From the NCBI GenBank assembly GCA_037834085.1, contig JBBMKC010240414.1, positions 1 to 42,755 on the forward strand: DNA of 42,755 nucleotides. The letters run 5' to 3'. This DNA comes from Bipalium vagum (lineage: Eukaryota). Below, one piece after another: positions 25,421 through 37,265 of this stretch; the first letter of the stretch is position 1; the number at the start of each line of letters is the position of its first letter. Below the pieces are notes generated by a model. It ran no database searches. It was not told where the DNA came from and saw only the letters and a program-made list of their open reading frames with translations. A program made the translations under genes and the position numbers.

Positions 25421-26895
25421 TAGTGCTGGCCAGGTTTTTTCACACAACAAAATTTTTAAATATCATGATTTTTTTCGTAAAATTTTTTCCAGATAAGAAT
25501 TGAAGTATGATCCTTAACAGTAATTTCTTAAAAATATTCTATTCAAAGATTATTTAGTTTATAAAATCGATAAATAAATTAATTTGACAAATAAATGATG
25601 GCCAGGTTTTTTCACACATGTATTTATATGACAAATTCTACAACTTATTAAATAAATTTCCATTTGTTCTAAGAACATTGGTTAATCTATGTCTGAAATT
25701 TTCATATAGACTTATAATATCAGCTCTTCTCGTTTCATTGAAGAACTGAATACTTTTACTAATCGTTTCCCGTAATTCATTGATATTGCTGAACTGGTGC
25801 CCGATATAGATATGATCCGATAACATTTTCCAAATGTTCTCGACAATATTCAAGTCTGGGCTTCTTGGTGGCCACTGTAAAACCTTAATGTTCCATTCAT
25901 TTATAAAATTCTGAATTAATTTTGAACGATGAACCTGAGCATTAACTTGCTGTATCAAAAATTTTAGTCCAAGATTAGCATTTGCTATTCTTATTAAACT
26001 TTCTGAAAAGAATTCTTTATAATCCATTGATTTCATGGTTCCTCTTACAAATCTGAAACCCAAAACACCGTTTGACATGCAATAAAGCCAGACCATCCAC
26101 GGCTATGTCTTCTTTGTCTTATTAACTTGCTTCCTTTTTGGATATATGACATTTTTGGACCAACTAAGGAGAAACATTTTTCATCACTAAATACAACATC
26201 TTCCCAATTTATGTTCATCTTTATCCATAATATAAATCCTAAATACCTTATCCTTTATGGCCAATTTAATTTCCATGGAAGCTTTGGCATATTTCATGTC
26301 CCTCCTTATTAAATATCGTCTTAGAGTTCTAGTGGAACACATTAAACCACATTCTCTTTTCAATATTGTTAAACTCACTTTTTCATTTTTTTGATTTTTC
26401 GTTTGAATTGTCTCGTTTGAATGCTCCATCTATGTCTGTATGACACGAGTCCTGGTCTCTTTTTAAATGTTTTTTGTTTTTTTCTGCATAGACTTGCGGC
26501 TGTATATCTAGTGATTCCTAGTAATCGAGCTATTTCGTTGTAAGTGAGACCCTCCTTTCTTCATCTTTGACTTAATAACCTTTCATTTTCATATTATAGC
26601 TAAAATATATAAAAATAATAAGTTAACTAAAAACTATTACAGAAAAATATAATTTAAGCTATTTTAAAATATAAATTTTAATTTTCTTAAAATGTGTGAA
26701 AAAATATGGCCAAATTTAATGACTACTGATTCATTTAAACCAGCATAATTTTTTTATTTGAATATAAAACTATTTAGAATATTCAATATTAAATGCAGAT
26801 TTGTTATGAATCGTTGAAATTTTTTTTAAAAGAAAGCTATTTTTATTGAATTAAACTTAAAAATATGTTTGTGTGAAAAAACTTGGCCAGCACTA
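25421..26895 (-). mobile_element. Full-length decayed Tc1 (DD34E) element with outer and inner direct repeats at both ends
   Basis: TA-flanked TIRs tagtgctggcca(g/a)gttttt(t)cacacaa. Inner repeats at about 25599-25618 and 26693-26711. FSDEK and QQ(V)NAQVH...WPPRSPDLNIVE, spacing 34, second D mutated to V. Frameshifted. Confidence 0.93.
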
Positions 26896-28722
26896 TATTT
26901 TGATAGAGGCAGGTATAATAAATTTTTTGTAATATTTTAATTTCAATACATATTTATCTCCTACATTTAAAAACCACAATAAATCATCCAAATTTGTTTC
27001 AATTTTTTGATTTATTTAAAATTTGATATGAGGTAAAATAAAATGTTCAAAAAGGTTCATTTTACTAACAGAGATGAATTAAAATATTTCTAAAATTATC
27101 ATGGGAAAAATACATGAGAAATCATGAGATGTTTTGGAAATAAAAAATGTTTAGTTATAAAATTTAGTTTGAAAAAAGGTATCAGCTAAGTTTTTTTTTA
27201 TTTCATTGAGAACTGATTATATATAATATGATATATTCTACAAATTTACATTTTATCTATTAATTTTCTCAGGGAATGTTTTTGTTAATTGATATACTTT
27301 AACATGGAGTCTACAGAAAAATAAATAACATGGTTTAACAGTTAATTGATCCAAAATATGTTTTAAGCCAATAATAATAATAATAATTTATAAGTTTGTT
27401 TTTTTAATGTGAAAATTGTTTTATTTAATTCAGTTTTGTTTGAATTTCCAACAAATCAGAGAAATATTAAAAATTTGGATTTCAAAAAAGTCTCTTCTAA
27501 AATAAATAATAATTTTAAGAAAAAATTAAAAAAATATCTTGCATTTTATTTATCAAAAATATTGACAGTATTTTGTAATGTAATTCACAACAGCTCTCGT
27601 GATATTTTCATCAGACTTATTTTAAGATATTGTAATATTTTCTAAAATATATAAAATCGTATGTTTACCCTTGTTCTGAAATTATCTGATTACAATTTTT
27701 ATCTCGTTCTATATACGTAATTAATCCGACAACAAATTTATCTCATTCTTGATTGTCCCAGTATTTTCTGAAATTGTTATATTTTATTAAAATATTACTT
27801 AATTATAATCAAGTCTTGTTTTAAAATTTATTAATATTTAAATTTAGTAATTTTTTCATAATTATTTTATTTAGATCAAAATATTAAATGAATATTTATT
27901 ATTTAAAAATATTAAAAAATCTCAAAAAGTAGTAAATATTCATAATTATTATTCTTTATTTGTCTTTATTTTAATTCATTGCTAATTTTAAGATTGAATT
28001 CGAAGGAGATAATTTATTTTTGCCTTATCAAAAAATAAATAAAATTTAGTTTTTGATATCGCTGAAATAATAATTAACAATTAACTTGAATATAAATTTA
28101 ATAGGAAAAATATTATATTTTATCTAATTCATATGATACCAGCTGTTCATATTAATTTATTGGAAAATAATTTCAATTTAATCTTTGTTTATTTGCACAC
28201 ACATTTGAGTTCTAAATAATATAGAATTTTTAGATTTACACCTTGGATTCAATTTTTAAAAATTCAGAAATTATAATTATGTAATAATTATAATGTCTAT
28301 AATTAATAAAATATTATATTATTACAATTTAAAGTTTTACAAAATTTGTATTAGATTTTTCTAATCTTTCCTGCAGAATTATATTTATAATTGAATAAAT
28401 TTAATTATAAAAAAATTATATAAATTATTTATTTTAATTATAATTCTTTTAATTCAAGGATTCACAAAAAATGATCGATGATATCATTTTCCGTCTTTAT
28501 ATAAAATTATCAGATTTTGTAAAACGTAATGTCGGTTTTTGAATAATATTTTATCTGAATATTAATCGACACAGGCTTTAAGTTAATGAAATGAGTCTTA
28601 TGAATTTAGTTAAATTCGATACAACTTGATATGTTGCATTATTTCAGAAAATCGTTGATATATCACTCAAAAATTAATAATATTTGAAAAGTATTTTTCT
28701 TTTTAATTATATAATAAAAGTA

Positions 28723-30622
28723 CACTCAAACTCCGTTATAAGGAACCGGTTCGTATAGCAAGAGAATATCCCTTATAACGGGGTGCCCTTAATAACGGGG
28801 ATTTTCAGTTATGTAATAACGTAATAACTAAAATATTATGACATTTTAAAGTTATTTAATAGTTATAAGTAGTTGAAAAAAAAGAAACGGAAGTCACATT
28901 ACATAGATAAAATTTTATTTAAATTATTCAATCAATGTTTTTTGTTTCAGTGTCGGCTGCAAAGTAATTCTGATTTTTTCTTCAATTTTCATAAGATTTT
29001 TTATGAGATTTTCATCAGCTGATGCATTATTTGAACAAAGAAATTTCCTAATAGTATCAAGACAACCAAAAACTTTTTTTACTTGGAATATGCACTAGTT
29101 CATTGACAGATTCCTCCTCATCTGAAGATGACTTATTCGTCGATTTAACAATTCCGACCAACCTCTTTTGTATTCAGCTCCTCCCAAATGTCAATATTAT
29201 CATCAAGGCAGATATATTCATCGCATGATAACGGTGATTCCAAATTTATTTTATCGACGGAAATCTGAATATCTTGCAATACTGAATCAATGTCAGCTTT
29301 AGGCAAGGTGGTTTCAAGAGTTATTAATACAGCATGATTCCAACCATTTAAAATTATTGAAGCACTAATCTCGTCCCATGACTTATGTGTCATAGATATG
29401 TACAATCTCGTCATGAAGTTCTTGTATGTCCAGTAGTTTTCTCAAATAAAACATTTTACAATGACATTTGAATGGTCGAATTATTCCAGCATCAAGAGGC
29501 TGTAAAGTTGCAGTTCAATTTTTGGCAGGAATAACAACTGTAGTTTGGGTAATATGAAATTCTTATGGCAAGGTGCATTATAAAATTAAGAGAACTTTTC
29601 TCTTTTGAATTACCATATCGCTATTTCAATTTTTTACCAAATTATTAAATACCATAATTGTCATCTAAGCCTTAGACTTTGCTTGATAATTAATAAGTTT
29701 TGATATATTCATACCCCAAAAGCATTGAGGAGATTTAGATTTACCGATTACAATAAGTTACCTTTTATTGTTACCAGTCGCATTTCAGCAACATACAATA
29801 GTCAATCTGCGTTTATCCATTTTGACACCTTTAACATTATGATAGCTAAATGTTTTTGAAGGAAGGTGTTTATATATAACACCAGTTTATCCATGTTATA
29901 AATATCGGATAGTTCTTAATCTTTAATGATCTTTATCAATTGAATTTTAGCAGATTCAATTTGCTGTGAGTTAATATTTTCGCTTTCACCAGATAAAACT
30001 TTAATTTCAGATTATGTTGCTTTTTAAAGTGGTGAAGTCAACCGTTTGATGCCTTAAAATTTTCAATTCCCAGCTCAATAGCGAATTTAGTAGCTTGGAC
30101 TATCATAACATTTTCAGTCACATTTAGATTTTTCAATGAAAGTTGATTAAAACTTTTGATTAACATTTTTTCAATTCGTCATATTTAGACTTCCTGGCTC
30201 TTTTAGTGGAACCAATTTGATCCTAATTTGTTGTTAGCTTACTTTTAGAAAGCTTTAAAACAATTTTATAACCTACTGTTTTATCAAAAATAGTTGAAAA
30301 ATGTTTTGCTACCTCTTTCAGATTGGCTTTCTTGTGCTGTTGTAGATGTTGACGAATTTTAGATTTTTCTTGGTTATTTAGTACGATTCGTTTATTCATT
30401 TTATTATTATTAATTATTGTTGTTATGGTTTACTATTATTTAAACAATTTTGAACAAAAATGAAGATTTCATAAATTTATTGCCCTTTATAACGGGGATC
30501 CTTTATATCAAGGAGTACGATGCTTTTCTATATAAAAATTGGTCCCCAAAAATTTGGCATTAAAGTGTCCCATATAACGGGGTTTTCCTTGTAAAGAGGT
30601 GCCTTATAACGTGATTTGACTG
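28723..30622 (-). mobile_element. Full-length decayed pogo/Tigger-like transposon (CENP-B HTH plus DDD)
   Basis: TA-flanked TIRs cactcaaactccgttataagg and (rc) cagtcaaatcacgttataagg, with subterminal ttataacgggg repeats. ATG at 30399 MNKRIVL; FKASNG, IYNMD, NAPCH and TLQPLDAGII. Many stops. Confidence 0.92.
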
Positions 30623-30831
30623 TATATAATAAGTATATTATAAAAAGTTTAATTTTCAGACCCTCTTAAGATTTTTTAAAAAAATAACTTTTATCATTAA
30701 AAACATCTTTCGTGATTTAACTAATTTGTGAAAATTTTAATGCAACAAATTAATTTTTAAAACATTACCCTCTAACATTTAATTAAACATACTTCATTTG
30801 ATATTAACTGTGTTTCAATTTAATAATTCAG

Positions 30832-31024
30832 TCATGCACCCGGGGACCATGTATTCGTTATTCTACACATCCTAATCCCAATTGCTTATCACCAAACCCG
30901 GAGGAACAGTGCTCTGACAGTGGAAGAGGCGCAAGTGATGATGACATGAAAGCCTTAAATTTGAATGGAAGTTTAACTACTTCTTCAAGACCACCGATTT
31001 CCGGTTATGGAACACATTCCATGG
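30832..31024 (+). CDS. Protocadherin-like gene, exon D (cytoplasmic, CM1-like DSGRGAS motif)
   Basis: Acceptor aattcAG, donor G|GTAAAC. GC-rich island translating SCTRGPCIRYSTHPNPNCLSPNPEEQCSDSGRGASDDDMKALNLNGSLTTSSRPPISGYGTHSM(G). DSGxGxS is the core of the delta-protocadherin CM1 motif. 193 nt, phase 0 to phase 1. Confidence 0.9.
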
Positions 31025-31157
31025 GTAAACCTCTCAAAAATTTTATTTTTTATTTTATAATACAGATAATTTATATTTGTAATAATATAAATAGACTAAT
31101 ACCTACATTTTCCGTGAAATGAATATCAAACTCAATCTCATTACTACTATTAATATA

Positions 31158-32385
31158 TTAGGTTTTCCGAAAAGTAATGTAATTTTTAAGAGAAATTTGA
31201 AAAGCCAAATTTGCACAAAAATGGTTATATGTAACCAATAACATAGTCACCATCATTTTCAACAACAAGCTTTTCTATGCCATCTTTGTAAAAACTTTAT
31301 GACTTCGACGCGAGCAACCCCTTTAGTATCGTTTTGACATCATCAAGGGAACTAAATGTTTTCCCTGCCAAAAAAATTTGAATTGAACGAAATAATTGGT
31401 AATCAGATGATGCGCAATCAGGGAGTAAGAAGGATGCGATGGATTTTTTGCTGAGTCTACTTTGTTGCATGAAGTTTATTGTTATCGTGTTGAAAGACAA
31501 CACCTCTTCTATTAACAAGTGCTGAATGTTTTTTACTAATTGCTTCACTTAAAAGCACCAACTGATCACATTAATCGTTTCACCAGGTTTGAGAAATTTG
31601 TAATGAACAATCCTTTAGATGTTCAACCAAATAGACAGTAGAACTTTTTTGCATGAATATTTTGTTTGACGATTGATACTGGTCGTTCTTTGGCAGATAA
31701 TCATTGACGTTTACGCTTTGGATCATTATAGAAGACCATTTTCTAATCCCCTGTTATGATTCGGTGCAAAAACAGATCCTTTTGTAATCTACTTAACAAA
31801 AAATTACAGATCGTTATATGCTGTATTTTGTTCGAATCTGGCAAAAGATGTAGAACCCAAACTCCCTCTCTCAAGGCTCTTCTCATTTCTTTTAGATGAT
31901 CATGTACTGTTTATTTCGTTGCTCCAAAGGCTTTTGTAATCTCCTTTTTTGTAAGATTTTGTTGTGGATCTGATTCCATTTTCGATTTTAAGGCTTCAAA
32001 ATCTATGGTAGATGGCCTACCAGATCTTTGATCATCTTTGAGATCTATATTTCCATTTTGAAAAATTGAAAACCATCACTGAACTTTGCGCACGTCCAGA
32101 GCATTAGGATAGACTGCATTAATATTTTAGGTAACCACTGTTGCAATATTTTTCTTCATAAATTCAAAATAACATGCAATTTCTGAGATGGTCTTCTGCT
32201 GGTTTATTGTCAGACATTTTTTTTCAGTAAACGATCTAGAAAAATGATTTCCGATATCAATCAATAATGATATACGTCCTTTAATATAAAATAAAAATCT
32301 GTTCAAATACTCCAAGAGAAATTATATAGTAATTGATTAAACGTCTTTTTTTTTAAAAAATGACATTACTTTTCGGAAAACCTAA
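31158..32385 (-). mobile_element. Full-length decayed mariner
   Basis: Near-perfect 29-bp TIRs ttaggttttccgaaaagtaatgt(a/c)atttt, TA-flanked. ATG at 32217 ...HLRNCMLF...DLKDDQRSGRPS; PDCASSDYQLFRSIQ. Confidence 0.93.
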
Positions 32386-32559
32386 TATTAAATATTCCCC
32401 ACAATTAAAGTGAGAACCCAAGACACTTAATTAAATCTCGTTATTTCACCTTGAGATTTGAAAATTTATTATCCCACAAGTTTATTATTGCTAGGCTTAC
32501 AATAATTCCGTTTTTACTGTTTAATAATTCAATAACTTTGAAAGTAGATTTTATGACAA

Positions 32560-32872
32560 AAACGTCAATCATTAATACAAAATATTTTCAATCGTATTGG
32601 GTAATTTATGAGTTCTATCATATAAAAATTGATTTTTGTTTTGAGGCCACTCAAATAAAATTTACACTTCATTATTCTGGAATATTCTTTTTATGGTTTC
32701 TCATACGATTATATCAAAATCTCGTGTCTTGGATTATTACAACTCTTCAGTTAAAAGTGGTTTTCATAAGCCTCTACCAGCGATTGATGTGTACATAAAG
32801 CATTTTTGCTCAAATTATACAAGAAGTAATAGTTCCAGTAAATGAGATTATTATTTATTTTTCCATTTGACA
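32560..32872 (-). mobile_element. mariner N-terminal fragment (Mos1-like HTH)
   Basis: HLLELLL / NLSKNALCTHQSLVEAYENH resembles the mariner N-terminal HTH. Confidence 0.55.
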
Positions 32873-32916
32873 TGGAAAAATAATTAGACAGCTTTTAAAT
32901 ATTATTTTAAATAGTA

Positions 32917-33967
32917 TTATGTCCAAAAAAGTTCTGCCGATTTTTTTTTACAAAAGTTAGTCAATTTTTTTAATTTTTATTATTTTTATTCATTAAAATA
33001 TTACCTATTGCATTGTATGATTTCATCCAAATGGTTTTACAAGTTGATAATTCCATTTCCATAAAAAAATTTTTTCTTACTGATGAAGAAATTACCATTC
33101 TTAAATCCATAAATGAAAATTTGTTGGCGAGAGATCGCAAGAGTATAGTGAATGCACATGATCTCCAAACAAGGTTATGTTAATAATTTTTTTGCTACAT
33201 AAGGCCGATGACCATCTTAAAGAAATAGAACCTTATTTCATTTCACTAACGCAGGATGTTTTTCTAACAGTTTTTCATGAACTTTCTCTGATTGAACACA
33301 GTAGATGTCAGAGGTTATTATTCTTTCGGTTTTAGGAGCTTTTGATGAATGATTCTTTTACAAGTCTACTAAACACACAATAAAAGCTTTTTCTGGGATG
33401 GTCCAACCTTTGGAACTTGTGTTAAGAGCTTTTTAGAAGACAACCAATAATGTGTTCCCTTTGTTTTAGAATACATTACCACTTTTAATAAGTAATATCA
33501 GTATTCTATTGAAAAATTGCTTTACTTTTAACCAGCTAAGATGAAAAGAGAATATTGTCAGTTCTTGGAATATATTATTAAATCTTAAGTTGAACCCACT
33601 TGCTTATTTTTTATCTCTTTCTAATCTGTGTATATAATTTGATTTTTTAGTTGTTATTAAATATAAAATCAAGTTTCTTACATTTTTGACTTAAATCTGA
33701 CTCGATTTTTTTCTCATATAATCATTTTTCATTTTGACAAATTCTGAAAAAATTCGAATGGCAGTAACCATGCAGTAACCAGGAACGAATGGTTGAATTT
33801 TGAAATTAAAAACTTGAAATGAGTTAATGATATTTTAAATATAAAATTATTTGACTGGTTTAAAAGTAATCTAATAAAACAAATTGATTTTTCTGAGGAA
33901 TAAATAATAAACTATTTAATGAAATATCAATTTAATATAATCGACAAAAACTTACTTGGACACCTAA
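32917..33967 (-). mobile_element. Decayed mariner with both TIRs
   Basis: TIRs ttatgtccaaaaaagttctgccgat and (rc) ttaggtgtccaagtaagtttttgtcgat, TA-flanked. Remnants include RIITSDIYCVQ and YGNGIINL*NHLDEIIQCNR. Confidence 0.8.
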
Positions 33968-34479
33968 TACTTCTGATAAACAACGACAAAAATTGGATAA
34001 AATTTCATTTAAAACACATCAATTATCCTTTTCGGAATTTAAATTATTCAACAACGCACAAAAGATAATTCTTTTTTGATTATGTTAATCATAATGAAAA
34101 ACTCGAAATATTTCTTTTTTAAAAATTTCTAATCTAGTAATCATAGTTAACTCTAATTACCTATTTCCTCAATTATATGTTGTTTGTAATGTAATTGGTA
34201 TTTCTCAAAGTTATTAAATAATCTTTAGCAAAAACTATAATAATAATATTTTTTTAATAAAATTTATAAATAAATTACCAGGTTTTATTATTTAATAAAT
34301 AAAAAATTATTTTTCCTAATTGAAGTAATTGAATAAAATAATTTTCTATTTAGCAATCGGTATCAAATGAAAATGAAATCTTATTAAAAAATTAACTTTT
34401 GGCATCACAACCCCTTAACATGTATAATTATCATTTAAATAATTATATTGTAATATAATAATATGTTGAGGTTGCTTAA

Positions 34480-35130
34480 AATACCGGATACTAATAAGAT
34501 GATGATAAGGTGGTTAAGCTAGAGTGTAAATTTCATAAAAAAGGAAAAAAATTATTTCCCCTTTTAATCACCGTAAGAGGTTCAAGCATTGTATGCTCAA
34601 GATTATTCATATTAAATTACTGATTCTTCTCCCTGGCCTGTAACATCCTATGCACGATCATATCAATAGGCACTTAAAAATTGACACATGTACAAAGCTC
34701 TCTATCAGTTGATAGAGTTGTTTGTCATTGGAGAAGCATTAATAACCTCGAAGTACTAGAAATTGATATAAATAAATTGCAAGAACCTTTCTGAGTGAAT
34801 GATGATTATTAAAATGAATCTGATCAAAATGAAGTATTGCTAAATATGAAAACCTAGAATGTCAAGCCAATTTTAATTCTAAATAATATTGAAAGAATTT
34901 GGATAGGTCATTTACGAAATCTTTAAAAAGAGAAACATTAAAACAATATTGTCATTTTAATTTAAAGGAACCTCGAACATTTATCAAATAAACAAAAAAT
35001 TAAATCAAAGATACATTAATCAATTTACCGAGCCGGATAATTCAATTTAACATAACCCAACCTCTGTAAGTTGTGAGGCTTCTGTTTCCACTTTGAAAAT
35101 GTAATGTACTATATATTCATAATATTTTAT
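34480..35130 (+). mobile_element. hAT transposase C-terminal (dimerisation domain) relic
   Basis: PTSVSCEASVSTLK at about 35057-35098 matches hAT PxTSxxCERSFSxLK. The extent of the upstream part is uncertain. Confidence 0.55.
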
Positions 35131-35231
35131 TCAAATTTTTTAAATTTAAAAAATTTTAAGTATGATGTGGAATTGCTCAAAATTCGAGTTTTGAGACTAA
35201 ACATATTTAGACTCTACCAGAAATTATGTAA

Positions 35232-36350
35232 TACACGGTGTCTCCGGAAAGTAAACTTAAATATTTCTTAAGCAGATTGAAATATTTAATTGCTTGCTTT
35301 ATGAAATTAAAGATAAACATTTAAATTTTTATTTTATATAAGAATATTTACAACAATTGTTCGAAATGACTGACTACCATTAACTGATATACATAAATTC
35401 ATCCTTTTTACAATATTTAAAAATACGCTATTCAAAATTTTTAAAAATACGTATTTACAGATCTCATTTATCAACATAACTTCCTTTATATTGACGCACT
35501 TATTCCTTCGGTTGACAATTCTATTGAAACTTATTTCAAAGAAATTTTAATCCTTCTCCATGAAAAATGTCGTCACTTTATCCTTAATATCATCTTATGA
35601 AATAAAATTATGTCATCTCATGTTTCTTTAGATAATAAAACAACGAAAATTAATTGATGCAAGATCTGGACTGTATTTAGCTGCACAAACCCAGGTTTTG
35701 TTAATGTTTCTTGTTTCTTGGATGTGTGAATAGCAGCGTTATCATGGATTAAACAAAGCTCCTAGCTGCATGGCTTAGGTTGGGTGGTTTGAATTTCAAG
35801 TATGAGATTACTATAGTAATCCGAATTTAAGATTTCTTCAGTAAAATCTAGCTTCAAAATACCATTTCTTTTCTAAAAGACAATGAGCATGGCAAAACTC
35901 CGAGACGCAAGTCTTCTCATTCTCGAAAATCCATTCCTTTGACTTTCTTTTAGTGTAAGGAAGGTAGATATTCAATAATATCTCTTTTGTAGTTATTATA
36001 TTCGATAAAAAAATTGGTAATACGAATTGCATACAGCGAAGGAAGATCCCTTTTTAAAAGCACTTTTTCGTCTAGGTATCATTTTAACTGTTAAAAATCT
36101 CGATACAAACCAGCTACATAACTTTCGAATTTCCTCCAGAAGCAGGTAACTCTCAATCTAGTCTAGCACAAAGATACGTTCGAGCAAATTTTCGTTCATC
36201 AAAACAGTTTTTCCACTTTTGGTTACATAGATCCGGTTATAAAAGGTCACATAACAGGTCACATAACAGGTCACATAACAGGTCACCGTATACCCTTGCA
36301 GTTAAGTAATAATTTATCACCCGATTCTCTGAAAATTGAAAAACAATCCA
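35232..36350 (-). mobile_element. Decayed Tc1/mariner element
   Basis: TIR-like TA-cacggtgtctccggaaag; AKYSPDLASINF and WIFENEK remnants. Confidence 0.6.
36244..36286 (+). repeat. 12-bp tandem repeat (AGGTCACATAAC) x3.6
   Basis: Perfect repeat, directly visible. Confidence 0.95.
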
Positions 36351-36706
36351 CACTGAGAAATTTCACCTTTCAAAAAAATTTTTTTGAATTAATCTAATCT
36401 ATTACAAAGAAAAATGGGAACATTTAAACTAATCGAATATTTCATATTTATGTGAAATTATTACTTTACGTAAAAGATTTTATTTAAGTGTCGTCAATAT
36501 TTCTGTCAGAGTCTAAGTAATTATATTATAAATTGCAGACTCCATTTTTCTAACTAATCTCAATTATTAAGAAAATTAAATATTTATAATATTGTGCTGT
36601 TATTTAATATTCTGGTTGTTTATCCTTAGAAAATATTTACGTTATACAAATAGTTTTGAATTTCAAGGATTATTACAAAAGATTATTGGTTATTTTTATA
36701 ACATAG

Positions 36707-37074
36707 GAGATTCACGATGTAAATCTCCGGGATCAGAAACTTTTTTAACAATGAATGCAAATCTCAATAATCAACCCTTGGAAAACCGAAGGTTACAAAT
36801 GATCCAACCTTCAACAGACTTCATGATTCCATTCTGTAACCAAGTCTCTCAAATTCCTCTGACAACATTTCACTCATCTCTTACAACAGAGCCCGAAACG
36901 AAAAGCTCAAACATTAGAGAAAGTCTACTGTATTTAGCGAAATCGTCTTCAATAGATTCGCTATCGAATAATCCTACTCAAAATCTTAATCTTTCCTCGC
37001 CCAGCAGCATGGATCGCAAGAATTCCCAATTATTAAATCTGAATAGAAATAATGAAATTTGTCGCAATTTATAA
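36707..37074 (+). CDS. Protocadherin-like gene, terminal exon E (S/T/N-rich cytoplasmic tail)
   Basis: Acceptor acatAG; G+GA restores the frame of ORF 36592..37074: (G)DSRCKSPGSETF...NEICRNL*. The five exons total 1332 nt, which is 443 codons plus the stop. Confidence 0.88.
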
Positions 37075-37259
37075 TTAATTTGAATTTTTCTCATTTATCT
37101 AACTACCAATTCTTTAATAATGTATATTTTATTTTACTTATTCCTTAATTTTTATTCGCAATTTCTTTATGCTGTTACTCTCATATATTTGTATTATTGA
37201 TTTTAGCATTCAACTTGTAAATAATTTCCTTGATACTTTGAATTTTATTAGTTTTGTTA

Positions 37260-37265
37260 AATAAA
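37260..37265 (+). terminator. Candidate polyadenylation signal of the protocadherin gene
   Basis: First AATAAA about 185 nt after the stop, followed by a GT-rich tract (tatgtgtttc). AATAAA is common by chance in this DNA. Confidence 0.45.

Noticed and set aside
36244-36286. Tandem repeats here, at 38241-38270 and at about 41669-41709 as CRISPR-like arrays
   Set aside because: No unique spacers, short units and a eukaryotic context.
36592-36706. 5' part of the 160-aa ORF as an independent gene
   Set aside because: Intronic; the coding part starts at the AG acceptor at 36705-36706, in phase with exon D.
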